A stretch of DNA of 64,000 nt from Paraspadella gotoi (GCA_051294375.1 CM119263.1:5020740-5084739), one strand, 5' to 3'; positions 48,421 to 63,250 are shown, counted from the stretch's first letter. The notes: generated by a model not told the origin, from the letters alone. Numbers and translations: made by a program.

Positions 48421-50797
48421 AAAGAGAGAAGAGAGAGAGAAAGAGAGAGGAGTGGACGATACGTCCATACGGGCTACGGACTGAACAGGTGAGACGTGAG
48501 TCCGATGTGACGAGGAGTCACATAGTTCTAGTCTAACGAGTAATTAAGGTATCTCAGCAGCTCGTATCAAACAGTAAACTGCTCTGATAGTACACATCTC
48601 CATGCCGCCGACAACTTCTACGCACGAGCACACCGGCCGTCTCCGAACTGGCCCTGCTGCTGTGGTTCCCGACCGCAACTTCGGTGTTCTTTCAGGATCA
48701 TTATAGTCTCTGCGTCTGATCGGAAACAGTCTGATCAGACTGCCCGACTCACTACTTAGTCCGGTAGGCAGCGCAGCGCTCTTAAGCAGCGCTGGTACTG
48801 TAACACTAGTTAAAGCATGGTGAGTTAGTTTAATCGCCGAATCCACAGTACGTCTCTTTGCTGTCTCAAACGTGCCGACCGACACTCCACGCGCGCTCCA
48901 CTCTCCACGCCCGTCCCCCGCCGACGGCAGATGTAGGTCTAGAAAAGACTAACTCCTCACAATGAAAACAGTTTCGGTGTAATGTCTGAGACCAAACAGT
49001 AGCAGCATAAATAAAATAATAATAAGAGAGAAGGCGTGGGGTGGAAATATTCGTATTGCTGTTGAATAACATGAAGGATAATTTATATGAATAACTGTCC
49101 TCACCAATGCTTTTTAACTATACCTCATGATTGATGTTATTTCTGCGGAGACATACAGAGACCCAAGTTACCAGGCAAAACCTCTGAAACGCTACGCACG
49201 TCAAGCAAATAATAACAGACCGTTTATTTCATTTTCATCTTGAAAATATCGATTTTTTTTCCAGGTGTTTTATCGCTTTTTTCTCTGTTTATTAGAATTT
49301 TGTTTTATCAGTTTTTAACCATTGGGAACAATAGCGTTGTTATTCTTTGTTTTTAAATTGTTATCCTCTTTGGAAATATCGGTCTGGTACCGCCTGCGTG
49401 TATACTGTTCAGTACTCTGTTTATTTAACGTTTTATCCACTTTTTACTTAAAGAAAGAAGTCGATACGGTAACTTTACCTCACTGTTTTTATATACTTTG
49501 TTTTACATTGCAAAAATACCGTTCTTGCCGTTTTTTTTTTTTCTTAAGTTTTTATTTCCTTTCATTTTTGAAAAATAAAAAAAAGTCTTTTCTGTTATTT
49601 TATTAAAGTTTTCAGTATGCTTCTTTGACAGAGGAAAAAGTCCGTTGTTGGTGTATATTTATACGTTGTTTTATCTTTGAACGCACGTCTGCAGCACACA
49701 CATGAACTACATCATATTAAAATTAAAGAGATAATACCACTAAGAGTATGACAAGGCGAAGAACTCGAGGCAGAGTATGTAAGAAGCGTAATAAATAAAT
49801 AATCTAACTATAGGTAGAGAACAATGGAAATTTGTTCCCCTCCCCTAACATGGTTTTTAGTAATTCACTTAAAAAATCCGGGAACATATTTTAATAAACT
49901 GTCGCTCACCCAATTTTTTAACTCCAACCTTCGGGTATCCGATGTATCATTTACTGTCTGATCGAAAAAGTTATTTAACGGTTTTTTTGCATATTGTCCT
50001 TCGTGTATTATCTTTTCTAACTTTTACTTCGTTCGTTCTGTCACATGATTAAAAATCTCTTTTCCCTTTTTTATCCCTACTTTTTATTATTCCGTCTTCT
50101 TCTAAAACATCGCGGCGGACTAAAATTATTTTGGGTACTTACTTATAACTCTTTTGAATATTCCTTTTCTTCAAATTAATTTTTTAGCGGTAACATTATA
50201 TGTTTACGCATTAATTTGTGAGTTGAATACTTAACGATGAGCACTGCTCTCTAAACCTCACCTTAACCCTGCTGCAAATCACACCGCATCATACATATTC
50301 GCACCAGTTGTTAGTTGAAGCATCAAACCGTCCATAAATAGTCATTTGATTACCACCAAAGACCATACCTATAATTTTCTGTCTGTTTCGTTCTGTGCTC
50401 TTTGTTTTGTCAACTGACCTGTCTGCTCTCTACTTTTCCAAAAAAAGATTAACAGTTCTGGGTTTGTTATCTTTTTTTTTCACTCTGTTTTTTCTCACCA
50501 AAATAATTTCTTAATTTTTCCTTCTTTTCATTTGCTGAAAAAGTGTTTTTTTCTCTTTTTTTTTCTTATTTGTGTTTTGCTCAAAATTTATGAGCTACAA
50601 TAACAAAGACATTTTTTTTCGTCTGCTCTTTTTTTTTCGTCTGCTCTTCTCTTTCCAAAAAAAGATAAAGTTTGGGTTTTTTCTTTTTTTTTATTCTTTT
50701 TTTTTCAAAAAAATTTCTAATTTTTCTTCTTTTCTTTCGAAAAAGTTGAATCCTTCTCTTCGCTCCTCCCACCGCTGGTTTTGCGCTAATTGAGAGG

Positions 50798-50841
<44 letters not shown>

Positions 50842-51084
50842 TCTAAAATGATAAATTTCTATTGCAATTTCGGTTGTTTTCTCAAGCGGATAGCGAAAAC
50901 TGCTTCAATGGTCGAGGTTAATAAAATACTAAAAAGAAAATGTTAAATAATCAAAGACTTACCTGGAAAAGAAAACATCCATTGGCGCATCAGGGAAATA
51001 AAAGAATAATAAATATAATTAATTAAAAATAGTTTCATCTAGTCAATGTATCAATTAATAATGAGCCTATGAGGTTAAATGTTA

Positions 51085-51122
51085 GGCAGCACTTTAAATA
51101 CCTACAGTATTTGCCTCCTGCG

Positions 51123-51178
<56 letters not shown>

Positions 51179-54100
51179 GTATCGAATTAAGAGCGAAAAC
51201 TCTCTTTCTTATGAAGTCAGAGGACACAGCCAATTGTTTACTTGTTTCCCCAGTGCCTAAATTTCATTTTAGAGCAAGAGAGAGAGTTAGAGAGAGAGAG
51301 AGAAAAAGAGAGGATGAGAGGAGACTCCTATATCTGGCCAGTGAGTCTCCTCGTTTTCTTTTTCCTTCTTCCTTCCATCCCTTTCTCATTTCTCTCTCTC
51401 TCTCTCTCTCTCTGCTCTCTCTCTCTCCTCGTCTCTTCTCCTCTCCTCTCTCTTCTCCTCTCCAGAAAATTGGCATCGAAGGAAGAGAGGGAGTTTGCCA
51501 AAAAAATTTCGAGTCTCGGGTTTTTTGTTTCCTTTTTTGGGGGAAGGAGAAAAAAATCTTTGATTCTGGAGATGAGGAAGAGGGGGAGAGGGGTAAGGAT
51601 GGGGTTGGGGTATGGAGGAGGGTGAAGGGTTAGGAAGGGGTGAGGTAAAGGAGATGGGAGGGTGAGGCAAGATTTGGGACGATTCGCCGAAATGGGAGGT
51701 GACATTACGGCGAAATTACGACGAAAAGGCGAACCGAAGTCGAAGAGCGAGGCGACAGTGGAAAATGGAGCGGAATGGCATGGTTGGCATAGACGGCATG
51801 GGGCTACTATGTCGACCCACCCGATGATTTATAGCGACGAACGAAGCAAAACAGCGAGAAAAAACATTTTGGTGTTGAGAGCAATAAAGATCCCGAAACA
51901 AATGACGAAACTTTTTTTTTCTTTCTCTGTTTTGTTGACTGAAAAATTGGTGGTTTTCAAAATATTCATCTTTTCGTCAAAGAATGAATTCTGTGCCTCG
52001 TTCGTTTTCTTGGCGATAGATTCAGTTGTGAATGAAAGGAAGTATCTATCCCTCTCTCTCTCTCTCTCNNNNNNNNNNNNNNNNNNNNNNNNNNNNNNNN
52101 NNNNNNNNNNNNNNNNNNNNNNNNNNNNNNNNNNNNNNNNNNNNNNNAATTTTTTTTAAATTTGTTTAATTACTTACAAACTGAGTTGAGAGGCAACACA
52201 AGTCGCCCACTCTGTCTCTCTTTCACGGAATGGGGAAAGGGGGAAACCGTAAAGTTTAAGCTCAGGGGCAATAAGTGGCATGCACTGATAGGGCAATCCG
52301 CACTCGCAATGGATCAGAGAGCAAGGGCACTACAAAGTCCATAAGGCGGTTTACAAAAGGGTTTTTACTGGCTACCGCGGTAGCTATTGGGGCGACCCAT
52401 AAGAGGAATTCAAAGGGACATCCAACGGGGAATTCCAAAGGGGCAGCCAAAGGGGTAAGCCGGTCTGGGGCGAAAGAGAATGGGGTTCCTGCGGCGAAGA
52501 GAGAGACAGAGAGGATTAGTCCCTCATTTCTATTCCGAAGATGAGACGAAGTGAGAAAAAACCCCGCTGGCTTGAGGGTGATTGGACAGAGATGTTTGGT
52601 TGATTGGAGTGATTGGTTAGAGAGAATGGGATGATTGGTTAGAGAGGATAGGATGATTGGTTAGAGAGAGTTCAGGATGATTGGAGTCGTAAAAAAATAG
52701 ATTCTTAAATATACTAAATGAGAGTGAGTTCACCAATCTCACCATAGTAGTAAATTATTTAAAATCCCATTGGTTTGTGTTCTGTTTTGATATTAGGCCT
52801 ATTTTGGGGTTTTACCATGCTTTTTTATATCGTTTAGTAGTTTAATTGATTCACAGATGATTTTGTGATAGCAATAGGATTAAAGGTCCGAATTGGCCTG
52901 AGTTGTGTTTTGAGAGTTAGAGTGAGACATTGCGCTTTCTTCTTCGTCTTCGTTATCGAAACTTGGGAGTTGGGACTCAGATGTCGATTTCTCTGCTGTC
53001 GGAGGTCGAGCCGTTCTGCCCCAACGGCGACGCCCTCGTTGGCCCCCGTGGACGCCAATACGAAATTAATTTTAAGAATTACTTTTAGGCAAAAAAAAAA
53101 ACGAAACGAAACGAGATGGAAATTCAACTTTTTTTTTCTTTTTCGTAGAGAAAGGTTTAAGGGGAGTTAAGCTTTTTTAACTCTCAGGCGGATCGAGATA
53201 CGAGGGTTTNNNNNNNNNNNNNNNNNNNNNNNNNNNNNNNNNNNNNNNNNNNNNNNNNNNNNNNNNNNNNNNNNNNNNNNNNNNNNNNNNNNNNNNNNNN
53301 NNNNNNNNNNNNNNNNNNNNNNNNNNNNNNNNNNNNNNNNNNNNNNNNNNNNNNNNNNNNNNNNNNNNNNNNNNNNNNNNNNNNNNNNNNNNNNNNNNNN
53401 NNNNNNNNNNNNNNNNNNNNNNNNNNNNNNNNNNNNNNNNNNNNNNNNNNNNNNNNNNNNNNNNNNNNNNNNNNNNNNNNNNNNNNNNNNNNNNNNNNNN
53501 NNNNNNNNNNNAGATTCTGTTCTCTTCTTTCTGTTGGGCTTTTTTTGTTTGTTTTTTTTTCAGTTTTTCTGTTTCTCTTTAGTCCTAATTTTCTTTATTT
53601 TTCTTTCTCTTTCGTCTTTTATATTACTTTACTTTTTATTCTTTATCATCCTCTTTACTCCCTCTCTCATTTTTTTTCTTCCCTCTTCTCCTTTCTTTCC
53701 TCATTCTTCTTCTTTCCTCTCCCTCTCTTTTTCTTTCCTCCCTTCNNNNNNNNNNNNNNNNNNNNNNNNNACTTCACAGTCTAGCTGCAAGCGACGGTAA
53801 TTTAGCCGCACTTAATACCGTTACCAAGTAAATTGCCTCCCTGGCGGTTCTCTTCCTCTCCTCTCTCGTCTCTCTTCTCTTCCTCTCTCTCCTCCTCTCT
53901 CTCCTCTAGTAATCGAATTTTGAAGGAGCCGGGAAAACTCTTCTTTCTATGTAAGGTCAGAGGACACAGCCAATGTTACTTGTTTCCCCAGTGCCCTAAA
54001 ATTTCAATTTAGGAGCAAGAGAGAAGAGTGGTAGAGAGGAGAAAAAGAGAGAAAGAGAGAGAGGATGAGAGGAGGACTCCTATATCGGCCAGTTGAGTCT

Positions 54101-56480
54101 CCTCGTTTTCTTTTTCCTTTCTTCCTTCCATCCCTTTCTCATTTCTCACTCTCTCTCTCTCTCTCTGCTCTCTCTCTCTCCTCGTCTCTTCTCCTCTCCT
54201 CTCTCTTCTCCTCTCCAGAAAATTGGCATCCGAAGAAGAGAGGGAGTTTGCCAAAAAAGATTTGCGAGTCTCCGTGGGTTTTTTGTTTCCCTTTTTGGGG
54301 GGAAGGAGAAAAAATCTTTTGATTCTGGAGATGAGGAAAGAGGGTGAGAGGGTAAGGATGGGTTGGGGTATGGAGGAGGGTTGAAGGGTTTAGGAAGGAA
54401 TGGTGAGGTAAAAGGAGATGGCGAGCGGTGAGGCAAGGATTTTGGGACCGGAATTCGCCGAAATGGGAGGTGACATTACGGCGAAAATTACGACGAAAAG
54501 GCGAACCGAAGTCGAATGAGCGAGGCGACCAGTGGAAAAATGGGAGCGTAAATGGCATGGTTTGGGCATGAGACGGCAATGGGCTACTATGTCGACCCAC
54601 CCGAGATTATAGCGAACGAACCCGAAGCCAAAAACCAGCCGAGAAAAACATTTTGGCTGTGAGAGCAATAAAGATCCCGAAAACAAAAATGACCGAAACT
54701 TTTTTTTTCCTTTCTCTGGTTTTGTTGGACTGGGAAAAAATAAGGTGGTTTTCAAAATATTCATCTTTTCGGTCAAAGAATGAAATTTCTGTGCCTCGTT
54801 CGTTTTTCCTTGGCCCGATAGGATTCCAGGTTTGTGAATGAAAGGGAAGTATCTTTACCCTCTCTCTCTAGCTCCTCTCTCCTCTCTCAACCGTTTTGTT
54901 TATGACCCGATCGCATTGGGCGGCCGAGCGAGGCCGGATAATTTGAGATTGGCATGATGAGAATGAAACTTTTTTTTAAATTTTTTTAATTGTTAATTAC
55001 TTTACAAACTGGAGTTGAGAGGGAACACAAGGTCCGCCCACTCTGGGTCTCTCTTTCACCGGAAGGGGAAAAGGTGGAAACGCGGTAAAAGTTTAAGCCT
55101 CATAGTGCATAAGGTGGCATGCACTGATAGGGGCAATCCGGCACTCGGCAATGGATCAGATGAGCTAAGGGCACTAACAAAGTCCATAAGGCCGGTTTAC
55201 AAAAAGGGTTTTTTACTGGCTACTGCGGTAGCTATGGGCGACCCATTAAAAGGAATTCAAAAGGGACATCCAACAGGGAATTCCAAAGGGCAGCCAAAGG
55301 AGGTAAGCCGGCTGGGGCGAAAGAGAATGGTGGTTCCTGCGGCGGAAAGAGAGACAGGAGAGGGATGATCCCTCATTATTCTATTCCGAAGATGAGACGA
55401 GTTGAAGAAAAAAACCCCGCTGGCTTGAAGGGTTGTGAATTGGACAGCAGTAGTTTGGGTTGATTGGTAGTGATGGTTAGAGAGAATGGGGATGATGGTA
55501 GAGAGGATAGGATGATTTGGTTAGAGAGAGTCAGGGATGATTTGGGAGTCGGGTTAAAAAAAACAATAGATTTCTTTAAATAACTAAATGCACGAGTGAG
55601 TCACCAATCTCACCATAGTAGTTAAATTATTAAAAATCCATTGGTTTGTGTTCTGTTTGATATTACTAGGGTTTACCATGCTTTATATATCGTTTAGTAG
55701 TTTAATTTGATTCACAATGATTTTGGTTGATAGCAATAGGATTAAAGGTCTCGAATTGGACCCTGTGGAGTTGTGTTTGGAGAGTTAGAGTGAGACATTT
55801 GCGCTTTCTTTCTTCGCTTCGTTAATCGAACTTGGGAGTGGGAACTCAGATGTCGATTCTCTGCTGTTCGAGGAGGTTCGAGCCGTTTTCTGCGCCCAAC
55901 GGCGCACCTCCTCGTGGCCCCGTGTGACGGCCAATAACGAAATTAATTTTAAAGAATTACTTTTTAGCCAAAAAAAAAAAAAACGAAACGAAAACCGAGA
56001 TTGGAAATTCAACTTTTTATTTTTCTTTTTTTTTCGTTAGAGAAAGGTTAAGGGGAGTTAAGCTTTTACTCCTCAGGCGCGAATCCGAGATACGGGTTTT
56101 AGGAAGGAAGTTTTTTGTTAGGATTATTTATAGAGACCATTTCTGCCGCCGTTTGGCTTCGGTCTCGGGCCGTTAAGCATTCACGGGAAAGGAAACTCAA
56201 AATATTGTTTTTACTTTCTAAACTTCTTTTTTTTCATTTTAGATTCTGTTCTCTTCTTTCTGTTGGGCTTTTTTTGTTTGTTTTTTTTCAGTTTTTTCTG
56301 TTTCTCTTTAGTCCTAAATTTTCTTTATTTTTTCTTTCTTCTTTCGTCTTTATATTAACTTTACTTTTTATTCTTTATCATCCCTTTACTCCCTCTCTGC
56401 ATTATTCTTCCCTCTTTCTCCTTTTCTTTCCTCATCTCTTCTTCTTTCCTCTCCCTCTCTTTTTCTTTCCTCCCTTCCAC
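51085..56480. repeat. Two-copy duplication (~2.7 kb: 51085-53745 and 53805-56480) joined across a 25-N gap
   Basis: Colinear throughout, e.g. 51690/54460, 52370/55218, 53000/55875, 53512/56241. Differences are mostly single-base indels. Confidence 0.92.
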
Positions 56481-56744
56481 TTCCTCTCCCTCTTTCTTTT
56501 CTTTCCTCCTCCTCTTTCCTCTCTCTTCCTTTTCTTTCCTCTCTTCCTTCCCTCTCTCAACCGAAAAGACCTTCAAATCCCTTCAACTGCATTTGAAATA
56601 GAAAATAAAAGATGAAGCAAACGGATGCGACAAATCTGAGAGAGAGAGATAGAGAGAGCTGAGATGAGGAGAGAGAGAGAGAGAGAGGAGAGGACGAGAG
56701 GAGAAGGGGAGAGAGAGAGAGAGAGATAACAGAGAGAAGAGAGA

Positions 56745-56797
<53 letters not shown>

Positions 56798-57714
56798 CTG
56801 CTTAAAGTTTAAGAATCCACGTTGAATGGGCGTGACCGAAATATTGAATTTAAGGATAAACAATAAAATATCCTCTTCTTTTTTTTCTGAAGCCTTTAGC
56901 GTCGCGCCTGCGGAATTTCATGGGACGGAAAAAAAAGGAAGAGAGGACAAAAAGAGAAAAAAAGGGAAAAGGATGAAGAAAAAAATGGATGGAATAAAAT
57001 GAAAAGAAAAGTAATAACATAAAAGAAAGAAAGACAAAGTAAAAACAAAAACCGGCAAGTTTAAGACGTAACAAGCATTTAATAATTGATTATATATTTG
57101 CAAATAAGCAAGTATTATACATTGCATTGAATGTGACTATATAATCATTTTTTTACATGGTCGAGTTAGTCATAGTCATTTACCCTATCAGTCTGCCAAG
57201 TATTAACTGAAATGATCCAGTATTTCAGGAATTATATATTTTTTAACAATTTTTAATTTGTTTTCTTTTTTTTTCCTTTTTTTTTCTTAATAATCTTTTG
57301 TTTATACGTTCTATTTTTAAAATCAAGAATGGTTTCCAAGTAGTAGGAAATGAGGATAAAAAAGTAACTTACTAATTTTAGGTTATCCTTACGCTGGTTT
57401 TGATCGCGAAGTCTTATAGACGCTTTTCGGTCGGTCAGTCGGTTTCTCTGTTTTTAAAGAATGTGAACCATCCTACTAATCTGTTCGTCCTTCCGTCAGT
57501 CCGTGGACATGGAGTACATCAAATGAAAAGAGATCAAACACTTTTTAGAAATCCAATAAAAAACGGTTCTAGGTTCTTGGTTCTACCCACCTTCACCGCT
57601 AGATGTTATTTTTATAAAAATTGCCGAAACTCATCTGACCTAATCTAACCTTTTTCTTACTAATTTTTAGTTGCGAGTACTCATGTCATGTCATGTAATG
57701 TAATATCATGTTAT

Positions 57715-57905
57715 CATCCTTCTCTTCTCTTCTCTTCCCCCACTTATCTATTCTCTCCGGAAACTCTTTCCGTAATTTTTCTCTTTTCCTCTCTTCTCTT
57801 TTCTTTTCCGACTTATCTATTCTTTCCGGAATCTCTTTCCGTAATCTTTCTATTTTCCTCACTTCTCTTTTTTTCCCCGACTTATCTATTTTCTCCTTCC
57901 GAAAT
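57715..57905. repeat. ~63-bp tandem repeat, about 3 copies
   Basis: tcctctcttctcttttc...cgacttatctattctttccggaa.ctctttccgtaat recurs three times. Confidence 0.8.
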
Positions 57906-58637
57906 CCTTCATATTTTTCTCTTTGTTTTTCCCTTTTGTTTTTTTTTTTCCTCCGGGTGGATATTGGATTTGTCCTTCTCGGTTATCAATAAACCACAAG
58001 TCAGACTCGTACAAAATATGCGCGATATTTGGGAGATCGTTGTTGCTGTTGTTGTTGTTGTTGTTGTTTTTGTTATAGTTGTTGTTTTTGTTGTAGTTGT
58101 TGTTGTTAATATCGTCGTGAAGCTTTCCCAAAAATCAGATTGCTGACGGATGCTCTTCTAGCAATTATTGTCGTGATTGAATCTTGCTACTTATATTGTA
58201 TTGTATTGTATTATAGTGTAAAGTCTGCAACAGATCTTGTCTTATACTAGTTATCTTTTTCTCCTGTTTATTGTCTCTCGGCTGGAATATTTGTATATTG
58301 TCTCTTCACATTTTTATCAAACTTATCAAAGCTAAGATAACAAATTCTTAAACTTTATTTAAATAACAATTACTTTTTCTCTCTTCGACTCCTGAATAGA
58401 ATGCCTTATCTCCATTTACAACTCTTTACTCTTTTCCCGTCGTCGCTCACACCCATTGTCTCACACCCATTGTCTCACTCTCGTTTTCGTCTTTAAACTG
58501 ACTTTCCTCTCCCTCTCGCTCTCACTCTCGTTTTCATCTTTAAACTTACCTCCCTCACCTCAAACGTGTTTTCGCGCCTCGATTTTTTTTTCCTTCTCAA
58601 ATTTGTTTAGGCGAATCGTTTGAACTCTGTCTCTCTC

Positions 58638-58744
<107 letters not shown>

Positions 58745-60128
58745 CTTTGTTCTTTTTCTGATAAAAATAGGAAATAAATAGGTCAGCTCTTGCTTATCTA
58801 CCATGGAAAAGAAATATTATGTGCTTACTGTAAAGTCGAAATTAAATTTTTGAACTGTCTGTTTCTCCGTCTGTATATATCGGTCTGTCAGTCGGACAAT
58901 CTGTCCGTGATTTTGTCGGTATTTTTTTTTTCTTCACTTCTGTTTTATTTAGTCTCTCTATGAGTCTCTTTGTTTGTCAATCCATCAGTATGTCCGTCTC
59001 TTCGCCAGTCCGTCTGTCTCTCCGTCTGTCTCTCCCTCCCTCCGTCTAACGATCACTGTCTCTCGTTTCGAACATTTCACTCGCGCTTCTCTCACATTTC
59101 TTCCTCCTCATTGAATTCACTCTCTTTGTACTTTTGACCCAAAAGGAGAAAATTTATTTTCTTTTTTTTTTCTTATCTTTATGCTTTTTGGTTTCTTCTT
59201 TCCTCTAGTTCATCCTTCTTTCTTTTTTTTTCTTTTTTTTATTTCTTTTATCTATTTTCCTCTTTCATTCCTTCATTTGTCGAAACTAGTTTTCTTTTTA
59301 TCTTTATTTTTACTCCTTTGGTTTCTTGAGTTTTCTTCACTTATCTTTTCTTTCCTTCCTTTTCTTTCCTTTCCTCCTTTTTCTTACCTTTCCTCCCTTT
59401 TCTTTTTTTCTCACTTTTTCCTTCCTTTTCTTTTTATTTTTCTCACTTTTCTTTCCTTTCCTCACCTCACTTCCTTTCGTTTTCCTCCCTTAACTTTCCT
59501 GTCCTCCCTTTTCTTTTCTTTCCTTTTTCTCTCTTTTCCTCACTTTATTCACTTCCTTTCCTTTCCTCCCTTTTCTTTTCTTTCCTCCTTTTTCTCTCTT
59601 TTCCTCACTTTCCTTCACGATCTCAAACTACCCATCTTCTTTTTATTTCCAGTCGATTCCTCTCTGTTGCTTGCTTCTCTCTCTTTATCTTCCTTTTGTC
59701 TATTTCTTCGCCTCCCTCCCCTTTGTCCCTCTCATTCTCTCTCTTCCTCTTTCTTCCCTTTCTTCTTTCCTCTTTCTACTTCTTTGCCACCCTCTTCTCC
59801 TTCCACCCTTTCTTCCTCCCTCTCTTTTCTCTCTCTTCCTCTCTCTCTTCCTCCCTCTTTTCCTCCCTCTCCCCTTTCTCTTCCTCCCTCTTTTCCTCTC
59901 TCTCTTTCTCCCTATTTTCCTCCCTCTCTTCTTATTTTCCTCCCTCTCTTCCTCCCTCTTTTCCTCCCTCTGTTACTCCCTATCTTCTCCCTCTCCCTTC
60001 TCTCTCTTCCTCTCTCTCTTCCTCCCTTTCTTCCACTAGGCTGCCTCCTTTCTCCTCCTCTGCTTTTGTTTTTTTTTTCAGCGTTGAAGTCGGGAAACAT
60101 AATAGAACATTGTCCCTGCCTTCATTCT

Positions 60129-60174
<46 letters not shown>

Positions 60175-60286
60175 TTCTCTCTCTCTCTCTCTCCTCCTTT
60201 CTCCTCTGGAGTCTATCGCTTTATGGGACAATACATTCGGTTCAGTTCAATTCCTTCTGTGTCACTCCCTCCCCTCTCGTTTTTCT

Positions 60287-60695
<409 letters not shown>

Positions 60696-60719
60696 CTGGA
60701 AAGAAAGGGATGGTTTTGA

Positions 60720-60976
60720 GAGTAGAGGGCGCTCTGCCTGACCAAGGTCATCACTGTGAGAGGTGAGAGGCAGAGTAGAGGGCGCTTTGCCTGTCCTAGG
60801 TCATCACTGTGACAGGTGAGAGGCTGAGTAGAGGGCGCTCTGCCTGACCAAGGTCATCACTGTGACAGGTGAGAGGCAGAGAAGAGGGCGCTCTGCCTGA
60901 CCAAGGTCAACACTGTGACAGGTGAGAGGCAGAGAAGAGGGCGCTCTGCCTGACAAAGGTCATCACTGTGACAGGT
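60720..60976. repeat. 53-bp minisatellite, about 5 copies
   Basis: Unit gagtagagggcgctctgcctgaccaaggtcatcactgtgacaggtgagaggca at 60720, 60773, 60826, 60879 and 60932; no spacers. Confidence 0.95.
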
Positions 60977-61164
60977 CTGTCCAAGTGTCATATTTCCTTA
61001 TCACTTTTTTTCCTTACTTTACTTTCCCTAAATTCTCTTTTTCTCTTTATTCCTTCCTTTTTCCTTTCCTTATCTTTTTCCTCCATTATCTCCTTACTTT
61101 TTTCCTTTTCCTCCTTTTTTCGCTTCCTCCCTTTCCTTCTTCCCCACGCCCACGCCCCGAGAGA

Positions 61165-61203
<39 letters not shown>

Positions 61204-61424
61204 GAGAAATCCTGAGAGCCTCTCGCCTTGGCCCGGTTGTTTATGGCCCCAGACGGCGGAGGGACAAGGACTCAGGCTGAGCCTGTTTGTGGCTGTTTCC
61301 TTTGCCGGAGTCTGAGTTGTTGTTGTTGTTGTCGTCGTCTTATTCATACTCAAGGTCGACATCTTTAGCTTTTCTTTTCTCTTTTTCTATCTTCTCTTTC
61401 TCTTTTTCAATCCATCCTCACTTA

Positions 61425-63250
61425 TCTAATACTTCCTTCAATCTTCTTAAATCTTTTTTTTCCAATTTCCCTTTTGCCTTCGATCTCCATTTAAATTCTA
61501 TTTTCTTACCTCCTTTCTTTTTTCTTTTCTCTCCTTTTCCTTATCTCTCTCCCCTCTCCTATCTTCTCTTTTCCCTCTCTCCTCTCCTCTCTCCTCTCAT
61601 CTCTTTCGCCTCTCTCCCCTCCCCTCTCTTCCCTCTCCCCTCTTCTTTTTCACCTCTCTCCTTTCCTCTCTCTCCTTTCCTCCCAAACAGAGGCAATCAT
61701 TTTTATTTGAAGAGTCGCGCTTTTGCCGCAAGAACGTGCCACCGGTGAAGGAATGCTGTAAAGAAGGTGCGGCATGCTGCATAGATTGATTGCGTAAGCA
61801 ACAAGATACGTTGAATGCTTAAAATGGTTGAAGTCAAAAATATTAGTGAAGAGAATGTTTAATATTTAATGTTTAATGTTTATAGTTTAATGTGACTAAC
61901 ACTAACACTAAACTGGAAAATAATTAGAATTTCAATAAGGGCATGAACCTAGTTCAATCCTCTGTCTCAAAGTGGCACATACACTAATCTCAAATGCTGT
62001 AGATACCGACAGCGGCATCGATGCCGTCGTTTTGTTTCGGTTTCTTTCTCTCGCGAACGAAGATAAAATCCGCGTTTCTTGTCTTTTTGTTTTTTCCCGG
62101 CGGAAAAATCGGTGTCTGTTGTTGTTGTTGTTGTTGTTTTTGTTTTTGTTGTTTTTGTTGTTTTTGTTGTTTTTGTTGTTTTTGTTGGTTTTGTTGTTTT
62201 TGTCGTTTTTGTTGTTTTTGATGTTTTTGTTGTTGTTGTTGTTTTTGTTGTTGTTGTTTTTGTTGTTTTTGTTGTTGTTGACGCAAAGGTTTGAACTTTT
62301 ACGCTGTCGTCGTCGTCGTCGTCGAGAAGATTCTAATACTTCCTTCAATCTTACTAAAATCTTTTTTTTTCCAATTTCCCTTTTGCCTTCGATCTCCATT
62401 TAAATTCTATTTTCTACCTCCTTTCTTTTTTCTTTTCTCTCCTTTTCCTTATCTCTCTCCCTCTCCTATCTTCTCTTTTCCCTCTCTCCTCTCCTCTCTC
62501 CTCTCCATCTCTTTCGCCTCTCTCCCCTCCTCTCCTTCCCTCTCCCCTCTTCTTTTTCACCTCTCTCCTTTCCTCTCTCTCCTTTCCTCCCAAACAGAGG
62601 CAATCATTTTTATTTGAAGAGTCGCGCTTTTTTGCCGCAAGAACGTGCCACCGGTGAAGGAATGCTGTAAAGAAGGTGCGGCCATGCTGCATTAGATTGA
62701 TTGCGTAAGCAACAAGATACGTTTGAATGCTTAAAATGGTTGAAGTCAAAAATATTAGTGAAGAGAATGTTTAATAAATTTAATGTTTAATGTTTATAGT
62801 TTAATGTGACTACACTAACACTAAACTGGAAAATAATTAGAATTTCAATAAGGGCATGAACCTAGTTCAATCCTCTGTCTCAAAGTGGCACATACACTAA
62901 TCTCAAATGCTGTAGATACCGACAGCGGCATCGATGCCGTCGTTTTGTTTCGGTTTCTTTCTCTCTGCGAACGACAAGATAAAATCCGCGTTTCTTGTCT
63001 TTTTTGTTTTTTCCCGGCGGAAAAATCGGTGTCTGTTGTTGTTGTTGTTGTTGTTTTTTTTGTTTTTGTTGTTTTTTGTTGTTTTTGTTGTTTTTTGTTG
63101 TTTTGGTTGTTTTTGTCGTTTTTGTTGTTTTTGATTGTTTTTGTTGTTGTTGTTGTTTTTGTTGTTGTTGTTTTTGTTGTTTTTGTTGTTGTTGACGCAA
63201 AGGTTTGAAACTTTTACGCTGTTGTCGTCGTCGGTCGTCGTGTCGTCGTC
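61425..63250. repeat. Two-copy tandem duplication (~0.91 kb: 61425-62333 and 62334-63250)
   Basis: Both copies start tctaatacttccttcaatctt and contain gaacgtgccaccggtgaagg, gacagcggcatcgatgccgtc and a (GTT)n/(TTTTTGTTG)n tract. Confidence 0.92.

Noticed and set aside
52270-52545. GC-balanced block with the GCTACCGCGGTAGC palindrome and short ORFs on both strands
   Set aside because: No recognisable product, frames differ between the two copies, and the palindrome is imperfect in the second copy.
60720-60976. Regular repeat that could be mistaken for a CRISPR array (also 44445-45048)
   Set aside because: Head-to-tail minisatellites with no unique spacers and no cas genes, in a eukaryotic context.
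61932-62403. Poly-N/Q/K or Cys-rich ORFs
   Set aside because: Produced by (GTT)n/(TTTTTGTTG)n microsatellites in all frames.
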